Assembly (NCBI GenBank): GCA_900316615.1
Contig: ONDU01000009.1
Location: 2,408-66,407 of the forward strand
DNA length: 64,000 nt
Source: an uncultured Eubacteriales bacterium
GTDB lineage: Bacteria > Bacillota > Clostridia > Oscillospirales > Acutalibacteraceae
Direction: 5' to 3'
Shown: piece after piece, positions 55,132-64,000 of the stretch
How the letters are laid out: each line of letters opens with the position of its first letter
Numbering within the stretch: position 1 is the stretch's first letter
Translations under genes and position numbers: made by a program
The notes under the pieces: generated by a model
What the model was told of the DNA's origin: nothing
The model's input: the letters and a program-made list of their open reading frames with translations, nothing else
Databases searched by the model: none

Positions 55132-56655
55132 TTGAAAAGTTTGGCAAAAAAATTCCTGACAGCGGCAGTTGCATTGAGTATGACAGCTACTATGTTTGTT
55201 ACCACAGCTTCAGCTTCTAATGTTGTAGCAGGTGATAATTATGTTGAAAACGATTTTATTCACCTGTATTGTAGCAACAAAATAAGATACGGTCTAAAAA
55301 CAACAGGCGGCAATCCCGAAAACCCTAACGATGACGACAAAAACCTGCTTTACCCTACAACATCAAGAATGTTCGTAAGTATAGACGGTTCTGTATCGAC
55401 ATTAGGTTCTGATTCCACCCCTGTTCCCGATGCACAGAGCAAGAGAATAACTACATCTAAAAACTACAGCAACGGCATTACGGTAGAAAAAATACTTACT
55501 ATTGTTCCCAACGGAAACACAAGCAGAGAGGATACAGTAGAGTTTAAAATGGTTGTAACCAACAATTCAACCGAAAACCACGAGGTTGGTGCAAGAATTA
55601 TGCTTGACACTATGCTCGGAAGCAATGACGATGCTCCTTTCAGAATGCCTAACCTCGGTGCGGTTACTATGAGAACTCAGCTTGAGGGCAGTGACATTCC
55701 CGAAATTTATCAGGCTTTTAACAACCTTTCAGAGCCTACTGTTGTTTCAACAGGAACATTTGCAAGAGGTGCGGACAAACCCGATATTGTTCAGTTCAAC
55801 AGATGGGGTATATCAACAGACAATAACCTTATCCCTGCGTGCGACAGTACACTGGAAATCGGCGACAGTGCAGTAAACTCAATCTGGAACGAGAAAACTC
55901 TCGCACCCGGAAAGTCAATCGCTTACAAAACATACTACGGTCTTGGAGAGTTTGTAGCAAGCGGAAATGCTGAGCTTGTAGTTGGTGCAACAAAGGTAAC
56001 TCCTAACTTTGTTATTAACGAAGATGGTACAGGATATGAGCCTGTTTCTCTTATAGGATATGTTCAGAATACAGGTACAGAGGGTCTTGACAATGTAAAC
56101 ATAGGCATTGAACTTCCTGCAGGAGTTACACTCGTAAGCGGTGAGGCTGCTATTAATGTCGGTTCTCTCCGTGCAGGCGATACAAATCAGGCTGCCTGGA
56201 CATTTAATGCAGAGCCTGCAAACGTTGAGCGTGTAGTTACTGTTACAGTATCAGGCTGGACAGGCGAAAACAGGGAAACAGCTCAGCAGGTAGCATATCA
56301 GTATGTAATTCCTGCTATTGAGGGTGCTCCCGAAGTTCCTACGGAAGAGCCTACATCTGAAGCAACCGAAGAAACTGCTACAGAACCCGAAACAGATGCT
56401 CCCACATCTGCTACAAATCCCACAGTTCCTGCTGCAACAGAAGCTCCCACATCTGCTCCTACAGCAGCTCCCACATCTGCACCTACAAATGCACCTGCAA
56501 ACAACAATTCTTCAAATACAACAAACAGCAATACAAGTACATCATCTGCAACAGGCAAGGTTGCTACAGGTGAAAGTCAGTCCGCAGTTATTATGCTTTC
56601 ACTTGTATTGGCTACTGTAGCTGTAGTATTTATTGTACGCAAGCGTGTAAAGTAA
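55132..56655 (+). CDS. cell-surface protein with Thr/Pro linker and LPXTG-like C-terminal sorting signal
   Basis: It has a signal peptide and an APTSA-repeat linker. The C-terminus is KVATGE, a hydrophobic helix and an RKRVK tail. It has a TTG start. Confidence 0.7.
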   Translation: MKSLAKKFLTAAVALSMTATMFVTTASASNVVAGDNYVENDFIHLYCSNKIRYGLKTTGGNPENPNDDDKNLLYPTTSRMFVSIDGSVSTLGSDSTPVPDAQSKRITTSKNYSNGITVEKILTIVPNGNTSREDTVEFKMVVTNNSTENHEVGARIMLDTMLGSNDDAPFRMPNLGAVTMRTQLEGSDIPEIYQAFNNLSEPTVVSTGTFARGADKPDIVQFNRWGISTDNNLIPACDSTLEIGDSAVNSIWNEKTLAPGKSIAYKTYYGLGEFVASGNAELVVGATKVTPNFVINEDGTGYEPVSLIGYVQNTGTEGLDNVNIGIELPAGVTLVSGEAAINVGSLRAGDTNQAAWTFNAEPANVERVVTVTVSGWTGENRETAQQVAYQYVIPAIEGAPEVPTEEPTSEATEETATEPETDAPTSATNPTVPAATEAPTSAPTAAPTSAPTNAPANNNSSNTTNSNTSTSSATGKVATGESQSAVIMLSLVLATVAVVFIVRKRVK

Positions 56656-56681
56656 TAAATTAAATACAATATTCAATTCAA

Positions 56682-56721
56682 CAAGAGGTAAAGTCTTTTC
56701 AGACTTGCCTCTTGCTTTTTT
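56682..56721 (+). terminator. Intrinsic terminator
   Basis: The caagaggtaaagtct / agacttgcctcttg stem is followed by ctttttt. Confidence 0.7.
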
Positions 56722-56802
56722 GGTGTGCTTTTTGTTAAAATCTTTACGTTGACATATTATTAAAAAATATAATACACATTCCCAAAACGGAGATGATACC
56801 TT

Positions 56803-58077
56803 ATGTCTGAGGATTTAAAAAATATTGTTGAAAATAAATCAAAGTCTGCATTTATTTACTTGAAAACCTTTTTAAAGTGGCTGGTAATATCCTCTCTTAC
56901 AGGAGCGGCAGGAGGTCTTTTGGGAGCACTTTTCAGCAATACGCTTAAAGAAGCAAATGCTGTAAGGGAAAGTATACCTTGGATTATATTTTTTCTTCCG
57001 CTTGGAGGTGTATTGATTGCAGGTCTTTACAAAATGTGCGGTCTTGAAAACGATCCCGGAACTAATATAGTAATACAGTCCGTAAGAACAAAGGAAAATG
57101 TTCCGTGGATAATGGCACCGCTTATATTTTTCAGTACGGCTGTAACCCATCTCTTAGGCGGTTCGGCAGGAAGAGAGGGTGCGGCACTTCAGCTTGGAGG
57201 AAGTCTCGGTTCGGCAGTAGGTTCTGTAATGCGTCTTGACGAAAAGGATATGCACCTCGCTGTTATGTGCGGAATGAGCGGACTTTTCTCGGCTCTGTTC
57301 GGAACTCCCGTGACAGCCTGCTGCTTTGCCATTGAGGTTATAAGCGTCGGAGTTGCATATTATTCTGCACTTGTACCCTGTCTTATGTCGGCTGTAGTAT
57401 CATATTCCATAGCAATTCATCTGGGCGTTGTGCCTATGAGCTTTAACATAAGCGGTTTCATTCCAAGACTGAATTTTACATCTGTAGCACAGGTCATAGC
57501 CCTTGCGGCAGGCTGTGCATTCATAAGCATAGTATTCTGTGTGACCATGCACAAAACCGCAGAAAAAGCAAAAAAGCTTGTAAAAAATCCTTACATAAGA
57601 ACTGCTCTCGGCGGTCTTGTTATAATTGCCCTGACACTTACAGTTCAGTGTCAGGACTATAACGGTGCAGGCTCAAGGATAATCGCTAATGCTCTTAACG
57701 GTCAGGTCAGACCCGAAGCCTTTATTATGAAAATAATATTCACCGCCGTAACAATCGGCTGCGGCTATAAGGGCGGCGAAATAGTTCCAACTCTCTTTAT
57801 AGGTGCCACCTTCGGCTGTCTTGCCGGAGGATTTATAGGCTTGGAACCTTCCTTTGGTGCAGCTGTCGGTATGGTATGTCTGTTCTGCTCAGTTGTAAAC
57901 TGTCCGATAGCGTCCGTTATGCTCAGCATTGAGATTTTCGGTGCAGACGGACTGGTTCTGTTTGCGGCAGGCTGTGCGGTAAGCTATATGCTCAGCGGCT
58001 ACTACGGACTTTACAGCAGCCAGAAAATTCTCTATTCCAAGCTCAAGGCCGAGTTTATAAACATAAATGCAAAATAA
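56803..58077 (+). CDS. ClC-family anion channel/antiporter
   Basis: The GGSAGREGAALQLGG and GGEIVPTLFIGA selectivity-region motifs are present in a polytopic protein. Confidence 0.8.
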   Translation: MSEDLKNIVENKSKSAFIYLKTFLKWLVISSLTGAAGGLLGALFSNTLKEANAVRESIPWIIFFLPLGGVLIAGLYKMCGLENDPGTNIVIQSVRTKENVPWIMAPLIFFSTAVTHLLGGSAGREGAALQLGGSLGSAVGSVMRLDEKDMHLAVMCGMSGLFSALFGTPVTACCFAIEVISVGVAYYSALVPCLMSAVVSYSIAIHLGVVPMSFNISGFIPRLNFTSVAQVIALAAGCAFISIVFCVTMHKTAEKAKKLVKNPYIRTALGGLVIIALTLTVQCQDYNGAGSRIIANALNGQVRPEAFIMKIIFTAVTIGCGYKGGEIVPTLFIGATFGCLAGGFIGLEPSFGAAVGMVCLFCSVVNCPIASVMLSIEIFGADGLVLFAAGCAVSYMLSGYYGLYSSQKILYSKLKAEFININAK

Positions 58078-58229
58078 TTGAGGAATAAAATACACCAAGT
58101 TTCAGTAAATATTTTTTATTGGTGCAAATGTTTTTGTGCAGTATAAGTATGGATTTAAACCTCTGCATATGGTAAAATTGTCATTGTGTGTAAGAATAAG
58201 TCCGTACATTTTGAAAGGAATGATTATTT

Positions 58230-59267
58230 ATGAATATAGTGGCTTTGGCAGGCGGTCTGAGCAGTGAAAGAGATGTTTCCATAATTACGGGAAAAAAGGT
58301 AGCAAGGGCATTGAGAAACAACGGTCATAAGGTATGTCTGCTTGACGTGTATATGGGCTATGACGGCGACAGCATAGATAATATTTTTGAAATAGATTAC
58401 GATTTTACAAAGGATATAAACGCAATCGGCGAAAATGCTCCCGACATTGAAACAGTCAGAAAAAGCAGAAAAAATCAGGCTGAGGGCTGCTTCTTCGGAA
58501 AGAATGTAATCGAAATATGCAGAAAAGCCGATATAGTATTTATGGCTCTTCACGGAGATGTGGGCGAAAACGGAAAATTACAGGCGGCCTTTGATGTTCT
58601 CGGAATTAAATATACAGGCTCGGGTTACATAGGAAGTGCTTTGGCTATGAACAAGGCTCTTTCAAAGAAAATGTTTATCGGAAGCGGTATACCTACCCCC
58701 AACGGAAGCCTTTTCAGAACAGAGGAGGAAAGCCTGAAATGGACTGAGCTCCCCTGTGTGGTAAAGCCCTGCTCGGGAGGCTCAAGCGTAGGCGTTTCAA
58801 TCCCCAAAAACAGAGATGAATTTAAAAAAGCCGTAAAAGAGGCGTTTGCTCTTGAAGATGAAATTCTCGTTGAAAGCTATGTAAAGGGCAGAGAGCTTTC
58901 CATAGGCGTTCTTGCAGGAAAAGCACTTCCTATAATAGAAATCTGTCCTAAGGAGGGCTTTTATGACTACAAGAACAAATATCAGGCAGGACTTACAGAT
59001 GATATTTGCCCTGCACTTCTTCCCGATGACGTAACAAGGGCTTTGCAGGCTATGGCGGAAAGGGCTTCCGAGGCTCTTATGCTTGAGGCTTATGCAAGGA
59101 TCGACTTTATACTCGACTCAGAAAACAATATGTACTGCCTTGAAGCAAATACTCTCCCCGGAATGACACCCACAAGCCTGCTTCCGCAGGAGGCTCTCGC
59201 TGTGGGCATATCATACGATGAGCTTGTAGAAATTCTTGTAAATGAATCCATGAAAAAGTATAACTGA
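58230..59267 (+). CDS. ddl: D-alanine--D-alanine ligase
   Basis: IVALAGGLSSERDVS, HG..GEDG-like LHGDVGENGKLQ and EANTLPGMT are present. Confidence 0.9.
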   Translation: MNIVALAGGLSSERDVSIITGKKVARALRNNGHKVCLLDVYMGYDGDSIDNIFEIDYDFTKDINAIGENAPDIETVRKSRKNQAEGCFFGKNVIEICRKADIVFMALHGDVGENGKLQAAFDVLGIKYTGSGYIGSALAMNKALSKKMFIGSGIPTPNGSLFRTEEESLKWTELPCVVKPCSGGSSVGVSIPKNRDEFKKAVKEAFALEDEILVESYVKGRELSIGVLAGKALPIIEICPKEGFYDYKNKYQAGLTDDICPALLPDDVTRALQAMAERASEALMLEAYARIDFILDSENNMYCLEANTLPGMTPTSLLPQEALAVGISYDELVEILVNESMKKYN

Positions 59268-59270
59268 CGG

Positions 59271-60644
59271 GTGAACGGTATGAAAAAATTAACTTTATCA
59301 GCAATTGCTGCAGCCTGCAACGGCACACTTAATGACATAAGATACGGCGAACTTTATATCACGGCAATTACAACCGACAGCAGAAAAATCGGAGAACGTT
59401 CTCTTTTCATTCCCCTAAAAGGAAGCAAGGTTGACGGACACGACTTCATTATGAAAACCTTTTCAAACGGTGCGGTGTGCTGTCTTTCCGAAAAGGAAAT
59501 TGAAACCGACAGACCCGTAATTCTGGTTAAATCGTGCTATCAGGCTATAAAGGATATTGCGGAATATTACCGTTCACTGTTCAATATCCCCTTTATAGGA
59601 ATATCCGGAAGTGTCGGAAAAACAAGCACAAAAGAAATGGTTGCCTCTGTTCTCTCAAAGCAATTTGATGTACACAAAACACAGGGCAACTTCAATAATG
59701 AGCTTGGCGTTCCTCTTACGCTTTTCGGCTTGGAGGAGCATCATCAGGCTGCCGTAATAGAAATGGGTATAAGCGACTTCGGCGAAATGACAAGGCTAAG
59801 CAAAATGGTAAAGCCCGACATCTGCGTAATAACAACTATCGGCGAATGTCACCTTGAAAATCTGGGCGATAAGAAAGGAGTTCTCAAGGCTAAAACCGAA
59901 ATGTTCAGTTACCGTAATAAAAGCGGAGCTGTCTTTCTGAACGGTGATGACGAGCTTCTGTCAGCCGTAAAGGACGTTGACGGCACAAAGCCTGTTTTCT
60001 ACGGCTTAAAAGATAACTTTCTGAACACGTATTATGCAGAGAATATAGACAACAGAGGCGAGGAGGGTATAAGCTGTACTCTCTGTACTCCCAAAACCGA
60101 CATCAATGTAACAATCCCCGCAATAGGTACTTATATGGTATCAAATGCACTGGTTGCCGTGGCTATAGGTGAATATCTCGGTATGACTGCGGAATGTATG
60201 GCTGAGGGCGTTGAAAGCTATAAAACAGTCGGAAGCCGTGACGGTGTTATAAAAACAGAAAACCTGACAATCATTGACGACTGCTATAATGCAAACCCTA
60301 TATCCATAAAAGGCGGCATTGATAACCTCAGCAATTTTAAAGGAAGAAAAATAGCTGTTTTAGGCGATATGAAGGAGCTTGGGAAAAACAGCAGACAGCT
60401 TCATTTTGAAGTAGGCGAGTATGTAAAAAATTCGCTTACAGATGTTCTTGTTGCTGTCGGCAAGGACGCTTTAGACATAGCTGAGGGCGGAAAAGGCGGA
60501 AATACTCAGGTTTATTACTTTGAAACCGTCAAGGAGGCTCTGGAAAAGCTTTCGGACATAGTTCAGAAAAATGACAACGTGCTTGTAAAGGCTTCCCGTG
60601 CTATGAAACTGGAAAATGTTGTCGAATATCTGAAAACAATTTGA
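59271..60644 (+). CDS. murF: UDP-N-acetylmuramoyl-tripeptide--D-alanyl-D-alanine ligase
   Basis: ITTDSR, GISGSVGKTSTKE and DDCYNANP are present. Confidence 0.9.
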   Translation: MNGMKKLTLSAIAAACNGTLNDIRYGELYITAITTDSRKIGERSLFIPLKGSKVDGHDFIMKTFSNGAVCCLSEKEIETDRPVILVKSCYQAIKDIAEYYRSLFNIPFIGISGSVGKTSTKEMVASVLSKQFDVHKTQGNFNNELGVPLTLFGLEEHHQAAVIEMGISDFGEMTRLSKMVKPDICVITTIGECHLENLGDKKGVLKAKTEMFSYRNKSGAVFLNGDDELLSAVKDVDGTKPVFYGLKDNFLNTYYAENIDNRGEEGISCTLCTPKTDINVTIPAIGTYMVSNALVAVAIGEYLGMTAECMAEGVESYKTVGSRDGVIKTENLTIIDDCYNANPISIKGGIDNLSNFKGRKIAVLGDMKELGKNSRQLHFEVGEYVKNSLTDVLVAVGKDALDIAEGGKGGNTQVYYFETVKEALEKLSDIVQKNDNVLVKASRAMKLENVVEYLKTI

Positions 60645-60651
60645 TTACCGT

Positions 60652-60690
60652 AATTCCGGGCAACGCATGAAGGCTTTGTCCGGAATTTTT
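60652..60690 (+). terminator. Intrinsic terminator after murF
   Basis: The aattccgggcaa / ttgtccggaatt stem is followed by ttt. Confidence 0.7.
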
Positions 60691-60901
60691 AAATAATGAC
60701 AGCTTTTAAAATTTCAGGAAACAACTTTGTAACTTTTGTTACCTGCACGTAATCTGATTTATACATATTGTACATAAATCAAAGGAAATGACACTGTGAA
60801 AAATATCGTAAAATGAAATTTTAAATCTCTTTAAAAGTGAAAACGGCGATAAAATTCGCTTTAATTCGTCATTATACATAAAAAACTCCATTGATTTTTG
60901 T

Positions 60902-60929
60902 TTGACATATCTTAAAATATTGGTATAAT
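60902..60929 (+). promoter_or_regulatory. sigma-A promoter TTGACA-16-TATAAT (TG-extended)
   Basis: ttgaca is at 60902-60907 and tggtataat at 60921-60929. Confidence 0.55.
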
Positions 60930-60983
60930 GCAAGCATCGGATATGTTGCGATAAAATAAAAATGACAGGAGTTTACGGAGATT

Positions 60984-62258
60984 ATGTTTATAATTAATAC
61001 CGCAGGCGAAAACAAAACAAGAGCCGTCTTTATAAGAGGTATGGTAATACTTTTAATGAGCGTTATATTTCTGACATCGGCATTTTCCGTAGCCGCTCTC
61101 AACAGGACTGCGGTTATAAATGTTGACGGAAAATCCCTTACAGTAAGTACAATGACCTCCGATACTGACGAAATTCTGAAAAATGCAGATATTTCCGTAA
61201 GCAAGTATGACAATGTATCGTCATTTGAGCAGGACGGTGTTATTACGGTAAATATTCTCAGAGCATTTCCCGTATACGTTGACAACGGCATTAAGCGTAA
61301 ATATATAGTTACGGGCGGTACTGTAGGGCAGCTTCTTGAAAACGAGAAAATAGAAGCAGCAGAAAACACTGTCGTTTTTCCCGACAGAGATACTCTCCTT
61401 ACAAAGGATATGACAGTAAAAATTTCGGAATACAGAACGGTTGAGGTTACAGCCGACGGAAAAACCGAAGTAAAGGACGTTCCTCTCGGAAGCGTAAAGG
61501 AAACACTCTCCTACCTGAATATCAAGCTCGGAGAAAATGATACCGTCAACTGCGGAATGTACGATTTGGTCAGAAACGGTATGCAGATAACAGTAACAAG
61601 AATTAACAGCAAAAGCGTAACCTCCACAGGCGAAATTCCCTTTGAAACCGAAGAAGAATATTCTGACAAGCTTGCAGAGGGAAAAACAAAGGTTAAAACA
61701 AAGGGTGTAAACGGAGAATACAGTTCTGTAGTACAGCAGAATTTCTGCGACGGCGAAATGGTATTCGAAGAATGTTTAAGCTATGAGGTTACAAAAGAGC
61801 CTGTAAACGAGGTAGTTGTTATAGGCACAAAGAAAGAGACTGACAGCTCAGACAAAACCTCTGATACAGAGAACGGCAACGAAAATGAGGAGGATACATC
61901 ATCTTCCGTACAGACCTCCGCAAACGGCAGCGTTTTTTATGACGCAAGCGGAAAAGCAGTTTCCTATTCTGCTGTATATCACGGCTCAGGTACAGCCTAC
62001 TATGCCCCCGCAGGCTCTCTGACAGCTTCCGGAAGTGAGGTTTACGTCGGCGGTGTTGCCGTGAATCCCGATATTATCCCCTACGGCACAAAGCTCTATA
62101 TAGTAGCTGATGACGGCTTTGTATACGGCTATGCAACAGCTATAGATACAGGCGGAGCTTTGTATGACGGCTCTGCAATAGTAGATGTATTCTACTTTAC
62201 CTATGACGAGTGCGTACAGTTCGGCAGACGTGATGTAAGCGTATATGTTCTTGATTAA
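60984..62258 (+). CDS. YabE/RpfB-like protein (DUF348 repeats, G5 domain, C-terminal 3D domain)
   Basis: It has an N-terminal TM and the G5-like EEYSDKLAEGKTKVKTKGVNGE. The 3D-domain tail is GGVAVNPDIIPYGTKLYI...ATAIDTGGAL. Confidence 0.75.
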   Translation: MFIINTAGENKTRAVFIRGMVILLMSVIFLTSAFSVAALNRTAVINVDGKSLTVSTMTSDTDEILKNADISVSKYDNVSSFEQDGVITVNILRAFPVYVDNGIKRKYIVTGGTVGQLLENEKIEAAENTVVFPDRDTLLTKDMTVKISEYRTVEVTADGKTEVKDVPLGSVKETLSYLNIKLGENDTVNCGMYDLVRNGMQITVTRINSKSVTSTGEIPFETEEEYSDKLAEGKTKVKTKGVNGEYSSVVQQNFCDGEMVFEECLSYEVTKEPVNEVVVIGTKKETDSSDKTSDTENGNENEEDTSSSVQTSANGSVFYDASGKAVSYSAVYHGSGTAYYAPAGSLTASGSEVYVGGVAVNPDIIPYGTKLYIVADDGFVYGYATAIDTGGALYDGSAIVDVFYFTYDECVQFGRRDVSVYVLD

Positions 62259-62289
62259 TTATATCTGAGGTATAATTTTTTCAAATGCC

Positions 62290-62318
62290 TTGACAAATAT
62301 CTTAAGCCTGAATATAAT
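62290..62318 (+). promoter_or_regulatory. Consensus sigma-A promoter TTGACA-17-TATAAT
   Basis: ttgaca is at 62290-62295 and tataat at 62313-62318. Confidence 0.7.
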
Positions 62319-62324
62319 ATATGT

Positions 62325-62630
62325 AATGCTTAATAGATTAAAGACGTTGAAGGGAATAAGATACGGCACAGCGGATTTAAGAGAGCCGCCGGTCGGTGCA
62401 AGACGGTATTTGCGGCTGTATGTATAGCTCATCCCGGAGTTGCCTGCCTGAGCTTTTTAGGGCAGGACGTGAGACTGCGTTACAGGTCAGGACTTTGTTG
62501 GAAGTCTGTTGAGGGACAGTTAATCTGTCCGAATTAGGGTGGTACCACGTTGATTGCGTACTTTAATATGAATAGAGCGTATATTGTCGTCCCTTTTCTT
62601 CATTGATGAAGAAAAGGGACTTTTAATTTT
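62325..62630 (+). promoter_or_regulatory. T-box riboswitch leader, Leu (CUC specifier)
   Basis: The AGAGAG and GGUGCAAG stem-I elements are present. The candidate specifier ctc-a is at 62428-62431. The T-box sequence aattagggtggtaccacg is at 62532-62549. The terminator gtcccttttcttc/gaagaaaagggac plus ttttaatttt is at 62589-62630. Confidence 0.85.
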
Positions 62631-62647
62631 GAAAGGTGGTTAAAAAA

Positions 62648-64000
62648 TTGAAGGAGTCATTTAAAAAATATATACCTTTTCAGCAAATAAAACTCAGCAA
62701 CAGAGAATGGCCCGATAAGGTTATAGAAAAAGCTCCCGTATGGTGCAGCGTTGACCTCCGTGACGGAAACCAGTCTCTGGTTGACCCGATGAATTTACAG
62801 GAAAAGCTGGAGTTTTTCAAGCTCCTGTGCGATATGGGCTTTAAGGAAATAGAAATAGGCTTTCCGTCCGCATCTGAAACAGAGTACGAGATATGCAGAA
62901 AGCTCATAGAGGGCGGCTATATTCCCGATGATGTTACAATTCAGGTACTCGTACAGGCAAGAGAGCATCTGATAAGAAAAACATTTGAAGCTATAGAGGG
63001 AGCTAAAAACGTAATTGTACACTTCTATAATTCCACATCTGCATTACAGCGTAAGGTTGTATTCAAAAAGGATATGGAGGGCATTACAGATATAGCCGTA
63101 AAGGGTGCAAAATTAATCAAAGAGCTTACTGAGAAATATGAGGGAGATACAAATATAAGATTTGAATATTCTCCCGAAAGCTTCAGCGGAACTGAAATGG
63201 ATTTTGCGGTTGAAATATGCCACAGGGTTATGCAGGAGCTGGGTTCTACAAAAGAAAATCCTGTAATTCTGAACCTGCCCAATACTGTAGAAATGTGTAC
63301 GCCTAACACATATGCAGACCAGATTGAATACTTTATAAAGCATCTGCCCGACAGGGAGGCTGCAATTATAAGCATACACCCCCACAACGACAGAGGAACA
63401 GGTGTAGCCGCAGCCGAGCTTGCACTGCTCGCAGGTGCTGAGCGTGTAGAGGGAACTCTCTTCGGAAACGGCGAAAGAACGGGAAATCTTGATATAGTTA
63501 CGGTAGGTCTTAATATGTTCACTCAGGGAGTAGACCCTAAGCTGGATTTCAGCAATCTGCCTAAGTATAAGGAGATATATGAACGCTGCACAAATATGAG
63601 AGTCCACGAAAGAACACCGTATATAGGCGAACTGGTATTTACGGCTTTTTCAGGCTCTCATCAGGACGCTATAAATAAGGGTATGGAATATATGAAAGCC
63701 CACAACAGCGATTACTGGGAAATTCCGTACCTGCCTATAGACCCTGCCGATGTAGGCAGACAGTACGAGCCTATTATCCGTATAAATTCCCAGTCCGGAA
63801 AGGGCGGAGCGGCTTTCGTAATGGCAAACAACTACGGCTATAAGCTCCCTAAGCAGATGCATCCCGAATTCAGCGAGCTTGTTCAGAAAAAGTGCGACGA
63901 GCTGGGCAGAGAGCTTATTCCCAGCGAGCTTCTGAAAATCTTTGAGGACTGCTACATCAACATAAAAAGAAAATATGAGATTGTAGGACACCCGACTGTA
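62648..64000 (+). CDS. leuA: 2-isopropylmalate synthase (long LeuA type); partial, continues past window end
   Basis: Manual translation gives KESFKKYIPFQQIKLSNREWPDKVIEKAPVWCSVDLRDGNQSLVDPM...HPHNDRGTGVAAAELALLAGAERVEGTLFGNGERTGN. It has a TTG start 8 nt after AAAGGTGG. It is absent from the ORF track because it is open to the window edge. Confidence 0.9.
   Translation, partial: MKESFKKYIPFQQIKLSNREWPDKVIEKAPVWCSVDLRDGNQSLVDPMNLQEKLEFFKLLCDMGFKEIEIGFPSASETEYEICRKLIEGGYIPDDVTIQVLVQAREHLIRKTFEAIEGAKNVIVHFYNSTSALQRKVVFKKDMEGITDIAVKGAKLIKELTEKYEGDTNIRFEYSPESFSGTEMDFAVEICHRVMQELGSTKENPVILNLPNTVEMCTPNTYADQIEYFIKHLPDREAAIISIHPHNDRGTGVAAAELALLAGAERVEGTLFGNGERTGNLDIVTVGLNMFTQGVDPKLDFSNLPKYKEIYERCTNMRVHERTPYIGELVFTAFSGSHQDAINKGMEYMKAHNSDYWEIPYLPIDPADVGRQYEPIIRINSQSGKGGAAFVMANNYGYKLPKQMHPEFSELVQKKCDELGRELIPSELLKIFEDCYINIKRKYEIVGHPTV

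Noticed and set aside
56656-56802. A fluoride (crcB-motif) riboswitch upstream of the ClC gene.
   Set aside because: The gap holds only a terminator of the upstream gene and AT-rich sequence. No crcB-motif core is present.
60691-60983. A c-di-AMP (ydaO) riboswitch upstream of the G5/3D cell-wall gene.
   Set aside because: The promoter at 60902-60929 leaves only about 45 nt of 5' UTR. No ydaO-like conserved segments are visible.
63025-63991. Minus-strand ORFs of 113-165 aa at the window end.
   Set aside because: They are antisense to the clearly homologous leuA reading frame, which the track omits only because it is open-ended.

Overview
The window is a low-GC Firmicute (Clostridia) chromosomal segment. 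An internal dockerin plus a CBM25/26-like starch-binding module, the sporulation genes bofA and a gerQ-like gene, and a Gram-positive type IV pilus operon suggest a Ruminococcus bromii-like Oscillospiraceae genome; this assignment is inference only. Most of the window is housekeeping. It holds a pur operon (purE-F-M-N, a PurO-like IMP cyclohydrolase, purH), an SPFH/NfeD pair, rsmD-coaD, corA and a glycolipid/glycosyltransferase cluster with an embedded serpin. It also holds pyrB, metG, thyX-tmk, DJ-1/MTHFS, mltG, cobO, a ClC channel, ddl-murF, a YabE-like G5/3D protein and a Leu T-box followed by leuA, which is partial at the window end. The main accessory block is a 13-kb minus-strand type IV pilus operon (26157-39149): two pilins, a PilM-N fusion, PilO-like, PilD, PilB, PilT, PilC and four minor or large pilin-like genes. 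One large pilin-like gene is split by a -1 frame change. Two unannotated intergenic repeat families stand out. Family A has four copies of a ~93-bp element: a 12-bp terminal inverted repeat encloses three hairpins whose stems differ between copies by compensatory changes. Family B has seven copies of a modular array of short stacked hairpins, and inverted copies bracket two single genes. Local gene decay is visible at 44.1-46.2 kb: a tspO remnant sits next to a DUF218 gene that carries a perfect 29-bp tandem duplication and an in-frame TAG. Other candidates are an unclassified terminator-containing leader upstream of purE, a promoter-to-terminator small-RNA unit, and two small ORFs missing from the ORF track. 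I saw no rRNA, tRNA, CRISPR array, transposase, integrase or recognisable defence system. All calls rest on manual reading and remembered family motifs; no database search was run.
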